Below are positions 9,173 to 17,661 of a stretch of DNA of 64,000 nucleotides, piece by piece. This DNA comes from Parcubacteria group bacterium Gr01-1014_29 (GTDB lineage Bacteria > Patescibacteriota > Minisyncoccia > Ryanbacterales > 2-02-FULL-48-12). The stretch lies in NCBI GenBank assembly GCA_007376195.1, contig VMFT01000002.1, positions 1,273-65,272 of the forward strand. Direction: 5' to 3'. Below the pieces are notes generated by a model, which saw only the letters and a list, made by a program, of their open reading frames with translations, was not told the origin of the DNA and did not search any database. How positions within the stretch are numbered: the stretch's first letter is position 1; each line of letters opens with the position of its first letter. The translations under genes were made by a program, and so were the position numbers.

Positions 9173-9198
9173 GACCTCCCGAGAGGTCCGTTTTTATT
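9173..9198 (+). terminator. rho-independent terminator
   Basis: ggacctcccgagaggtcc hairpin followed by gtttttatttg. Confidence 0.5.
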
Positions 9199-9547
9199 TG
9201 GCATCCTTGCTAGATCAGTAGTTATATGATAAAAACCCGGAGGTTATTTTCAAGAGCGACGCGTTTGAGGGCCGCGAGCACGAGATCATCGGAAAGGAAT
9301 ATGCAAAGAGAATTAAAATTGTCCGCGATGTTGTGGACCATTCGTCCACAACGGAAATTTTAAGAGAAGCATCAAAACGACCTTATTGAGTTGGCGTGAT
9401 ATCAACGGTGAAACATCACATACACTAGGCATATGATCCCACTTTGAGCAGTGGGATTTTTTTCGTCGTAATATTCCATTCAATAACTGTTCGTTGTTTT
9501 TTAATCATTAGTTTTCTATTATTGTGATATGTCATACTGGTATTTCC

Positions 9548-9668
9548 ATATGAATCCCGTTAGAGATCGCAGACGCATAAAACTGATGCTAATCAAAAAG
9601 CAAAACAGTATTAATCACCATAAACACATAGGACGCGAGGCTTGTTCGTCTGCGTCTTATCTCTAACG
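9548..9668. repeat. long imperfect inverted repeat (arms cccgttagagat..cgcagacgc / gcgtctgcg..atctctaacggg) enclosing about 60 nt and ending at the HD-gene start codon
   Basis: Arms read directly; the right arm ends 2 nt before the ATG at 9671. Confidence 0.4.
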
Positions 9669-9670
9669 GG

Positions 9671-10267
9671 ATGAACAAAATTTTTCGTCATTTTCTTGAT
9701 CGCTCGCTTTCGCATGTGGTGCGCTTTAACAGCACTCCTCAGCAGTTTGGGGAATCAGTGGCGGAGCACTCGTTTTATGTTGCATATTTCACAAGCATTT
9801 TGATTTACTTTTTGCGCGAGGCAGGGGAAGAGGTGGACGAGGCGCGCGCGTTAAAAATTGCCCTTCTGCATGATGCGGAAGAGAAATTTAGCGGCGATAT
9901 TCTTACGCCGTTTAAGCATTACAACGAGGATGTGTTGCGCGCGATTCGCAAGGTAAATCAGGAGACGATCTCGTTTGTGTTTGAAGATTTACCTCCGGAT
10001 TTAAGCGCGGAATTTATCGCGTTGTGGAACGAAGATGTTAATCTTACAACCAAAGAAGCACAGATTGTCAAAACTGCCGACAAGGTATCTCTCCTCGCAA
10101 AATGTTACGAAGAAATTAAGATCGGCAACGAATTTTTCCTCCCTATTTATGAACGGGAACTGGGAAGACTCTCCGCGCTTTCATGGCCGTGGTGGCGAAA
10201 GATCAAAAAGCATATCCTTCCCCACCGCCGGACTCCCATACCGCTTCCGGTGGACCATTTGCATTAA
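9671..10267 (+). CDS. HD-domain phosphohydrolase, YfbR-like 5'-deoxynucleotidase
   Basis: SVAEHSFYVAY ... ALLHDAEEKFSGDI match the HD motif and YfbR-like context. Confidence 0.55.
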   Translation: MNKIFRHFLDRSLSHVVRFNSTPQQFGESVAEHSFYVAYFTSILIYFLREAGEEVDEARALKIALLHDAEEKFSGDILTPFKHYNEDVLRAIRKVNQETISFVFEDLPPDLSAEFIALWNEDVNLTTKEAQIVKTADKVSLLAKCYEEIKIGNEFFLPIYERELGRLSALSWPWWRKIKKHILPHRRTPIPLPVDHLH

Positions 10268-10362
10268 ATAAAAGCGACGATTGTTGTCACACCACTGGAG
10301 AGTTTTTGGTTTCCAAGTTTTTTCGCGGTCGCATATACTTCTTGGAAATGAGAAATAATATG

Positions 10363-10563
10363 TTAAAACCGTGAGGCACGGCTGTGTCTCGAGAATCTAT
10401 TACTTCGTCCACTGCTACCTCTGCTAGAAAAACCGCGTCCAAAAGCAGGTCGGGTACGCGTGCGCGGGCGCATTACTTTTTGAAGCGCCAGGAGCTCTTC
10501 CGAGACGCTCTCGGGGTACAGATGCTTGACAGCAGTGGCAAGTAAGGTATATGATAAAATCAT
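10363..10563 (-). pseudogene. duplicated 3' fragment of the DEAD-box helicase gene (C-terminal tail copy)
   Basis: Encodes ...ESVSEELLALQKVMRPR..., identical over 17 aa (about 50 nt) to the C-terminus of the helicase at 11773..12993, then diverges. Confidence 0.45.
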
Positions 10564-10584
10564 ATTATAATATCATATAAATAT

Positions 10585-10806
10585 ATGACTACCTTATCTG
10601 TGCCGGTGCCGCCAAAGTTGGAGGAATTGGTAAATTCTTTGGTGAAAAGAGGGTATGGGGCAAATAAAGCGGATGTTGTGCGAAAAGCCCTCGAGCTTCT
10701 TGCGGAGGAAGAAGCCATTAAGACCGTGCGGGAAGCGCAACAGGAAGTGCGCGATGGTAAAGTGCTCAAAGGAGACATTCGCAGGCTTATCAAGAACATG
10801 CTGTAA
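10585..10806 (+). CDS. ribbon-helix-helix type antitoxin (ParD/CopG-like)
   Basis: 73-aa protein with a predicted N-terminal beta-strand plus helices; stop overlaps the toxin ATG (TAATG). Confidence 0.5.
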   Translation: MTTLSVPVPPKLEELVNSLVKRGYGANKADVVRKALELLAEEEAIKTVREAQQEVRDGKVLKGDIRRLIKNML

Positions 10807-11069
10807 TGATCGGATTGCAATACGCGCCAAAGTTCTTGAAGCAGTTGAGTAAGCTGGATCCTGCTCTCCAAAAAGAGGCGTTTGCGAAGATTGAGCTCTT
10901 CAAGGACAAGAAAAACCATCAATCCCTAGAAGTACATAAGTTGCAGGGAAGGCTTTCCGGCAGCTATGCATTCTCGGTCAATTACAAAGATCGGATTGTT
11001 TTTGATTATGTTTCAAAAAGCGAGGCTGTTTTGCTTGCTATCGGGGATCATGATGTTTATAAAAAGTAA
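10806..11069 (+). CDS. RelE/ParE-family toxin (mRNA interferase)
   Basis: ...LQGRLSGSYAFSVNYKDRIVFDYVS...AVLLAIGDHDVYK shows RelE/ParE hallmarks. Confidence 0.6.
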   Translation: MIGLQYAPKFLKQLSKLDPALQKEAFAKIELFKDKKNHQSLEVHKLQGRLSGSYAFSVNYKDRIVFDYVSKSEAVLLAIGDHDVYKK

Positions 11070-11180
11070 TGAACTAGATTGTTTATCAGTGTGTATAAAC
11101 ACGCTTTTCTGTTGCATCTCGGCTGTTTTTATGGTATCTTCTTTGTGAACTACACAGAATAAATTTATAGGAGGTGCATA

Positions 11181-11672
11181 ATGGTAGTCATTGTTGTCAA
11201 AGATAATCGTCCGTTGAAGTTCGCGGTTGCTGTTGTAATTAGAAGTATAGATCGGAAAATGCTTTTTGTTGTACAACGGCCTCCCGACGATGATGAGTTT
11301 CCCGACATGTGGGGATTGCCTTCCGCAAGTGCGAAGCGTGGTGAGCTTCCCGAAGAAGTTGTGCGGCGCATTGGACGCGAAAAGCTCAATGTAGAACTCA
11401 CGCCGAATTGGTTTCTTGGCGTAAAATATGCCGAGCGAACTAATTACAAACTCATCTTGATGGATATGTGCGCTGACATTGCGGAAGGTGCTCTGAATGT
11501 CCGAATTGCAAACGTTCGCAACCGCGCAGTACCTGGTACAAAGTATGTTGACTGGCGGTGGGTGGAGGGTCTGGACATTCTCAAAGAAGCCGCGTCGCGC
11601 GGTTCCATCTGTTCGCAGATTCTTCTGGAGTATGAAGGTGTGGACTACCCAGACAAGAGGCACTTTAATTGA
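11181..11672 (+). CDS. Nudix-like hydrolase (degenerate Nudix box)
   Basis: GLPSASAKRGELPEEVVRRIGREKLNV approximates the Nudix box Gx5Ex7REuxEExGu. Confidence 0.35.
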   Translation: MVVIVVKDNRPLKFAVAVVIRSIDRKMLFVVQRPPDDDEFPDMWGLPSASAKRGELPEEVVRRIGREKLNVELTPNWFLGVKYAERTNYKLILMDMCADIAEGALNVRIANVRNRAVPGTKYVDWRWVEGLDILKEAASRGSICSQILLEYEGVDYPDKRHFN

Positions 11673-11772
11673 TATCGTTTCCAGCCCCCACGCTCATTTG
11701 AGTGTCGGGGCGTTTTCTTTTTCTACGCTCTTGCCGGTTGGCGGATTTTTTCGTGTTGTATGCTATGTCAAA

Positions 11773-12993
11773 TTATCTATGAGGGTTGGTTCGGGGCGCG
11801 CGGTTGGTTCTTACGAATGGGCGCGGGCCGCCGCTTCGAGGTGAGAAACTGCGCTGTGTCGGCCAGCTGGCGGATTGCTGATGTCTGCTTGTGCGCCCGC
11901 GCGGACGGGGGCGCATTACTTTTTGAAGCGCCAGGAGCTCTTCCGAGACGCTCTCGTGGCGTTTTACCAGAAGTGTTTTACGGATAAGGCGCTCAATAGC
12001 GCGAATTTCTCCTTGCTGGTCGGGGGTGGCCAGAGATATTGCCTTACCCTCCCTACCCGCGCGGCCCGTGCGCCCGATGCGGTGCACGTAGTCTTCAGAG
12101 CTTTCGGGTATGTCAAAATTTACCACTAACTCAATATTGACGACGTTGATGCCACGCGCGGCTATGTCAGTAGCCACAAGCACGCGATATTTTCCTTTTT
12201 TGAACCCTTCCAGCGCTTCACGGCGCTGGCCCATTGTTTTGTTTGAGTGTATTTCTACAGCACGTTCCCCAATGTCGCGGAGGTGCCGCGCGAGCTTTGA
12301 TGCGCCATGTTTTGTGCGCGAGAATATCAGAATGGTGCCCGCATGTTCCCGGAGAAGCGTTTCAAGGAGGGAAATTTTTGACTCCTTTTTTACTATATAT
12401 ATTTCCTGCTCTGTCGCTTCTATGGTGGTGCCCGCGGGCGCGACCTCAACTCGTACAGGGAGCGTCATGTGACGTGTGGCAATGGATACGATGGTATCCG
12501 GCATGGTTGCAGAAAACAGCATGGTTTGGCGCTTGCCTGGCTCCGGCAAGGCTTCAAAGATGATGCGTATTTGCGGAGCAAAGCCCATGTCAAACATGCG
12601 GTCGGCTTCGTCAAGAACCAGAATGGTTATGTTGCCAAGCGAGACAGTTTTTTCTCCAAGATGGTCAATGAGACGTCCGGGAGTCGCGATAATAATGTGA
12701 GGGCCTTGCCGCAGCTGGTCAATTTGACGCGGCATGGATTCGCCTCCTATGAGTACTGCGGTGCGAAGTCCCAGCGGATGCCCGATTTTCTGAAGCATAT
12801 CGTTTACTTGCAAGGCAAGTTCGCGCGTGGGGAGCACCACGAGCCCGCGTGCGCGGTGCTCTGCGATGCGTTGAATCATAGGTATGCCGAAGGCAAGGGT
12901 CTTGCCGGTGCCGGTCTGCGCGATGCCGATAATGTCTTTTCCTTCGATTGCCGCAGGAATAGATTGGTGTTGAATGGGGGTTTCTTGTGTCAT
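11773..12993 (-). CDS. DEAD-box ATP-dependent RNA helicase with RG-rich C-terminal tail
   Basis: Motifs AQTGTGKT, PTRELA, DEAD, SAT and HRIGRTGRAG. Start taken at the Met preceding TQETPIQ; the ORF track extends to 13077. Confidence 0.75.
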   Translation of the reverse strand: MTQETPIQHQSIPAAIEGKDIIGIAQTGTGKTLAFGIPMIQRIAEHRARGLVVLPTRELALQVNDMLQKIGHPLGLRTAVLIGGESMPRQIDQLRQGPHIIIATPGRLIDHLGEKTVSLGNITILVLDEADRMFDMGFAPQIRIIFEALPEPGKRQTMLFSATMPDTIVSIATRHMTLPVRVEVAPAGTTIEATEQEIYIVKKESKISLLETLLREHAGTILIFSRTKHGASKLARHLRDIGERAVEIHSNKTMGQRREALEGFKKGKYRVLVATDIAARGINVVNIELVVNFDIPESSEDYVHRIGRTGRAGREGKAISLATPDQQGEIRAIERLIRKTLLVKRHESVSEELLALQKVMRPRPRGRTSRHQQSASWPTQRSFSPRSGGPRPFVRTNRAPRTNPHR

Positions 12994-13148
12994 ACATGTG
13001 TGACCCGATTTCCTTTCGTGGGTCACACATCTTGCGAGAGATGACACAAATAAGGCGCGAGTCTTTAATAAAAGCAATTATACCACATTCATATATATTT
13101 TGCAAGGACTGATGGCTGGGGCCTTTTTGATATACTATAAATGGTACC

Positions 13149-14270
13149 ATGTTTGGTTTCGATAAAGAAAAATTCCAATATATTTTTGACCGCTACGAGC
13201 GGTGGGCGTTTTCAGGTTCCATGCTTTTGGGGTTTATTGTGGATAGCCTCACGCTTACTCGTATTGATTTATTGTTTGATAATCTTGTTCTCTTTTTTTA
13301 TCTCGCGGTTGCCGTTGTGGGCATTGTGATAACTAACCTATACGACACCGGTGTATGGCGGGGAACGCCCGACGGCGTGCGATTGCTGCATCGCATTCCT
13401 TCCTACGCGCGGATGGTGTCGCCCTTTTTGATGCAGTATGCCTTTGGAGGGCTTCTTTCCGGTTTTTTCGTGTTTTACTCGCGCGGCGCATCGTTTTCCG
13501 CCAGCGGACTGTTTTTAGCTCTATTGTTCGGACTTCTGGTGGGAAACGAATTTTTTAGAACGCGGTATCAGCAATTTACGTTTCAGGTAAGTATTCTCTT
13601 TTTTGTTTTGTATTCCTATATGATTTTCTTTATTCCCATTGTGGTAGGCGCCATGGGCGCGTGGGTATTTCTCGCGAGCGGAGCAGTAAGCATCGGCGGC
13701 ATGGGTTTCTTGCTCTATGGTTTTTCTTGTCTTATGCCTACCACGCGCCAGCAGCTTCGTACGGCTGTAGCCGGAAGCATCGGCGGGATATTTCTCGTTA
13801 TGAATGCCCTGTATTTTCTCAATATTCTTCCGCCACTACCCCTTTCCCTTAAAGAAGCAGAGGTGTATCACGAGGTTCGGCGCGTGGCTGGCGGGTATCG
13901 GGTTATGGGTGAAGATCAGCCATGGTACGCGTTCCTGCTACCGCGTAAAACGGTACACCTTATTCCGGGGAATCCCGTTTACTTTTACAGCGCCGTATTT
14001 GCACCTACGCGGCTCGCCCAAACCCGCATTATCCACCATTGGCAGTATTTTGATGAAAAAAAAGACGCATGGATAAGCCGTTCACGCATTGAGTTTCCAA
14101 TTGCAGGCGGCCGGGATGGCGGGTATCGCGGCTATTCGCAAAAAACAAACGTGGAGCCGGGTTTATGGCGGGTGCGCGTGGAGACAACACGAGGACAAGT
14201 GTTGGGGCAAAAGAGCTTTTGGGTGGAGCGGGTGGCAGAATCACCTGCATTAGTAGAACAAATATTTTAA
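13149..14270 (+). CDS. multi-pass membrane protein with C-terminal soluble domain, hypothetical
   Basis: Several hydrophobic segments; N-terminus is MFGFDKE. Confidence 0.45.
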   Translation: MFGFDKEKFQYIFDRYERWAFSGSMLLGFIVDSLTLTRIDLLFDNLVLFFYLAVAVVGIVITNLYDTGVWRGTPDGVRLLHRIPSYARMVSPFLMQYAFGGLLSGFFVFYSRGASFSASGLFLALLFGLLVGNEFFRTRYQQFTFQVSILFFVLYSYMIFFIPIVVGAMGAWVFLASGAVSIGGMGFLLYGFSCLMPTTRQQLRTAVAGSIGGIFLVMNALYFLNILPPLPLSLKEAEVYHEVRRVAGGYRVMGEDQPWYAFLLPRKTVHLIPGNPVYFYSAVFAPTRLAQTRIIHHWQYFDEKKDAWISRSRIEFPIAGGRDGGYRGYSQKTNVEPGLWRVRVETTRGQVLGQKSFWVERVAESPALVEQIF

Positions 14271-14301
14271 AATGTTCAAAGCTAAGCTTTGAACATTTTT
14301 G
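14271..14301 (+). terminator. rho-independent terminator (perfect 12-bp stem)
   Basis: aatgttcaaagc-taa-gctttgaacatt followed by ttt. Confidence 0.5.
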
Positions 14302-14309
14302 TCTTATGT

Positions 14310-14921
14310 ATGTTCGGATTTGATAAGGAAGAACTCAAACTTTTGCGCTTGCTCCGTACGCCGCGCGCGGTGCAGGATTATTTAGATACAGTCCCCATGA
14401 ATTTTGAACAGATGGGTGACACGTTGTTATCGCCGCGCCGCGTTATGCGCGAGAAAAAAGCGCACTGCATGGAAGGCGCGCTTTTTGCGGCAGCCGCGTT
14501 TTGGGTGCGGGGGAGAGAGCCGTTACTACTTGATTTGTGTACCACGCGCGAAGATGATGACCATGTAGTGGCGCTTTTCAAGGAACGCGGACGATGGGGC
14601 GCGGTAAGCAAAACAAACCACGCCGTATTGCGGTGGCGCGAGCCGATTTTTAAGAGTGTTCACGCACTCGCGGCTTCCTATTTTCATGAATATTTTTTGG
14701 ATGATGGCAAGCGGACTCTTCGCGCGTACTCGCGGCCGTTTGATCTTTCGACGCGAAAGTTTGCGGGGTGGACAGTTGCCGAAAACGATTTATGGCACCT
14801 TTCAAAAGCGCTTGATGCCGCGCGGCATTATTCTTTGGTACCGCGGGGTAACTTTCGCCACGCGCGTCTCGCGGACAGTCTTGAGATTGAAGCGGGAAAA
14901 ATAACAGAATGGAAAGTCTGA
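14310..14921 (+). CDS. hypothetical protein with Cys...His (HCMEG ... DDDHVVAL) arrangement, possibly a transglutaminase/papain-like cysteine peptidase fold
   Basis: Motif spacing only. N-terminus MFGFDKE is shared with the upstream gene. Confidence 0.3.
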   Translation: MFGFDKEELKLLRLLRTPRAVQDYLDTVPMNFEQMGDTLLSPRRVMREKKAHCMEGALFAAAAFWVRGREPLLLDLCTTREDDDHVVALFKERGRWGAVSKTNHAVLRWREPIFKSVHALAASYFHEYFLDDGKRTLRAYSRPFDLSTRKFAGWTVAENDLWHLSKALDAARHYSLVPRGNFRHARLADSLEIEAGKITEWKV

Positions 14922-14997
14922 ACGCAAGTTGTTGTTGCTTTTATTGATAGTTTTTGGTACATTCATATGAAATAAACCCGAGAGAAGGAGGCAATAA

Positions 14998-16437
14998 ATG
15001 AAACGGAATGAGTTTTTTCAACAACGCGAGGGTCGTTCTTTGAAACCAGATGATATAACACTTAACACAAAGTTTGTTGAATTTGTTCCCAAGCAGATTT
15101 CCCTGGCCACGCGTTTTTCGCGGAATGTTACGCTCAAGGTGCCGCTGGTGAGCGCCGCTATGGATACGGTCACAGAGGCGCGTATGGCTATTGCCATGGC
15201 TCGGTGGGGTGGCATGGGCATTATTCATCGCAATCTTACTCCACACAAACAAGCCGAAGAAGTAGACCGCGTGAAGAATGCCTGTAAATTCGGCCTCATA
15301 GAACAGCCAATCTGCGTTTTTGAAGACGAAACAGTAGAGAGTATCGATCGGCGTCGTGAAGAGAAGCAATACCACTTCCATAGTTTTTTGGTGATTGAAA
15401 GATTGATAGGGAGGCTTGTTGGGGTCTTTACAGGCCAGGATCGTCGGTTTTGCAAATCTCTTGCAGTGCAAGTTCGGGAAGTTATGACTAGGAACCCGGT
15501 GACTGGTATATTTGGAGATACTACCGTGGTGCAGGCGTTTGAAAAGATGCGCGAAAAGAAAATCAAAGTGTTGCCGCTTATAAGTACCCTCGGCACTGTT
15601 AGAGGGCTTTGGACACTTGCCGATGTGGAGCGTATGCTTGCGCAATCAGTACCGGACAATTTTGGGAGTGATGGACGCTACCAAGTAGCGGCGGCAATCG
15701 GTCTTCTTGGTGTAGATAAAGACACCGAGGAGCGTGTGGCTTTGCTTGTTGACAAGCATGTTGACGTCCTGAAGATAGATATGGCGCACGCAGGAACTGC
15801 CGCGGCAGTTGAGACAGTTAAATGGATCAAATGTATCTATCCGGTGGACGTTGTTCCTGGCAATGTGTCGGAAGAAAGTGCTACACGGCACCTACTTGAA
15901 GCTGGCGCTGATGGTATTATGGTAGGCCAAAGTCCGGGATCTGTGTGTAAGAGTAAGCAAGTCAAAGGAACAGGTCTTGCATTGGCAACAGCGGTGTACA
16001 AGTGTGCACAGATCACCGAGAAATGTGATGTTCCGCTTGGCGCAGACGGTGGATTGTGGCATCCAGGCGATATAGTCAAAGTGTTAGCAATCGGGGCTAG
16101 TTTTGCGGTTTGCGGCAGGAGGTTTGCTGGCACCGAAGAATCGCCGGGTGATGTGATAGAGGACGAAGAGACAGGGCTTCGAAAAAAATTGTACCGTGGC
16201 ATGGGATCGCTTGGTGCTATGCGCGACCGTATGAACATGGGATCACGCGAGCGGTATTTGCAGAACGATATGGAAGAATTGGTGGCAGAGGGGTTTGAAA
16301 CGGAGGTGCCCTATGTGGGACCTGCTGAAAAGATTACCAAGACACTCGCTGGCGGTATTCGGAAAGGCATGTTTGAGATAGGCGCTTACGATATACCTTC
16401 CCTGCGAATCGAAGCGGACTTTTACGAGGAGCAATAA
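14998..16437 (+). CDS. guaB: inosine-5'-monophosphate dehydrogenase
   Basis: PLVSAAMDTVTE..GGMGIIHRN, CBS-domain region and catalytic-loop GQSPGSVC. Confidence 0.75.
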   Translation: MKRNEFFQQREGRSLKPDDITLNTKFVEFVPKQISLATRFSRNVTLKVPLVSAAMDTVTEARMAIAMARWGGMGIIHRNLTPHKQAEEVDRVKNACKFGLIEQPICVFEDETVESIDRRREEKQYHFHSFLVIERLIGRLVGVFTGQDRRFCKSLAVQVREVMTRNPVTGIFGDTTVVQAFEKMREKKIKVLPLISTLGTVRGLWTLADVERMLAQSVPDNFGSDGRYQVAAAIGLLGVDKDTEERVALLVDKHVDVLKIDMAHAGTAAAVETVKWIKCIYPVDVVPGNVSEESATRHLLEAGADGIMVGQSPGSVCKSKQVKGTGLALATAVYKCAQITEKCDVPLGADGGLWHPGDIVKVLAIGASFAVCGRRFAGTEESPGDVIEDEETGLRKKLYRGMGSLGAMRDRMNMGSRERYLQNDMEELVAEGFETEVPYVGPAEKITKTLAGGIRKGMFEIGAYDIPSLRIEADFYEEQ

Positions 16438-16868
16438 TGGAAAACACACAAATCCACGATGACTTGCGTGCGGTGGCGCAATATGTTGAGACCGCTCTTA
16501 TGTATAAATCTTTCGTGCCAGGAGAGCCTCCCAAAGCGCTCAACCGTGTGTGGGCACTTTTCAAAAAATCGGTTGAGGAACGCACAATACCGATATCACC
16601 CGACGGGCTTACCGTACCCGAATGGTCCACCGACCCGTTATTAGTCGTCTTGAGACACCTCTACCATCTGGTACCCAACAAGGAGACACCGCTTTCATTT
16701 TTGGCCGTGTTTCGCTTTTTAAATTCCCTCGGCCGGCAGGAGGAGATTATATATCATGTAGATGCGGAAACCGGTCGCGAGCTTTTGGGGGTACTGAAGC
16801 GGTTGCAGGATGAGGATTTTGTTTTTGGCATTGTATGTGCCAGGTGCGGGATTTTTCTCGGCAGATAA
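16437..16868 (+). CDS. hypothetical protein
   Basis: ORF overlaps the guaB stop by 1 nt; no recognisable motif. Confidence 0.35.
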   Translation: MENTQIHDDLRAVAQYVETALMYKSFVPGEPPKALNRVWALFKKSVEERTIPISPDGLTVPEWSTDPLLVVLRHLYHLVPNKETPLSFLAVFRFLNSLGRQEEIIYHVDAETGRELLGVLKRLQDEDFVFGIVCARCGIFLGR

Positions 16869-16896
16869 GTAGTAAGGAAATTTGCACTTGTATCCG

Positions 16897-16935
16897 CTTG
16901 GAGTTTTATGCTTCAAGCGGTTTTTCTTTAACTCG
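16897..16935 (+). terminator. rho-independent terminator
   Basis: ccgcttg...caagcgg stem followed by tttttc. Confidence 0.4.
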
Positions 16936-16963
16936 ATAATTCTAAACGTGGTACTATAGATGC

Positions 16964-17428
16964 ATGGGGGAGTCTTTTGTTCACACATGTGACAGGAAGG
17001 TTATTAAAATCATACGGCAGCTTGCCATACCAATGGGGCGTGTGTCGTTGTTTGTCGTGTTTTTCTGGTTTGGGTTTCTAAAACTGCTTGGTGCAAGTCC
17101 TGCGGGTTCTCTTGTGAATGACCTTCTTGGTAAAACCATGCCATTTTGGCCGTTTGAGAGCTTTATGGTGTTTCTGGGCATCTTGGAAATGCTGGTAGGC
17201 ATCGCGTTTTTAATCGAGGGATGGGAACGTTTTGCGATTGCGCTTATGGCGCCGCATATGATCGTTACCTTTCTCCCGTTTATTCTATTACCAGAGGTGG
17301 TGTGGTATACGTTTTTAACACCAACATTAGAAGGGCAGTATATCATAAAGAACCTCGTGGTAATCGCGTTGGCGCTTAGTTTGGGGGCACGCTTGCAGCC
17401 GATCGGCGCGCCGCGCCGAGGCCGCTAA
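16964..17428 (+). CDS. DoxX-like small membrane protein
   Basis: Four hydrophobic helices; the start may be the internal Met near 17030. Confidence 0.4.
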   Translation: MGESFVHTCDRKVIKIIRQLAIPMGRVSLFVVFFWFGFLKLLGASPAGSLVNDLLGKTMPFWPFESFMVFLGILEMLVGIAFLIEGWERFAIALMAPHMIVTFLPFILLPEVVWYTFLTPTLEGQYIIKNLVVIALALSLGARLQPIGAPRRGR

Positions 17429-17504
17429 AATTGTTGTCCACAGGTTCTTACCGAGTTTGCTCGGTTTTTTTGTTGCGCGGATTTTTATTGCGCGAAGGAG
17501 TAGT

Positions 17505-17600
17505 GTAGAATACGTCTACTGGTAAAAATCCCCCTTCATCCCCCTTTTCCAAAGGGGGACATACGCTCCTCCCTTTGGAAAAGGGAGGTTAGGAGGGATT
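17505..17600. repeat. paired hairpin modules A (tcccccttt..aaaggggga) and B (ctcctcccttt..aaagggagg-ttaggaggga) upstream of nrdA
   Basis: Read directly; the same two modules recur at 29520-29625 in the opposite order. Confidence 0.5.
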
Positions 17601-17661
17601 TCGTAATTCAAAGTAGTTTTCTATCAACTAATGTCCAGCCGCAGCAAGATATGTTGCGGGT

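Noticed and set aside
14941-15645. 234-aa ORF on the minus strand.
   Set aside because: Entirely antisense to guaB, which has strong IMPDH motifs; classic shadow ORF.
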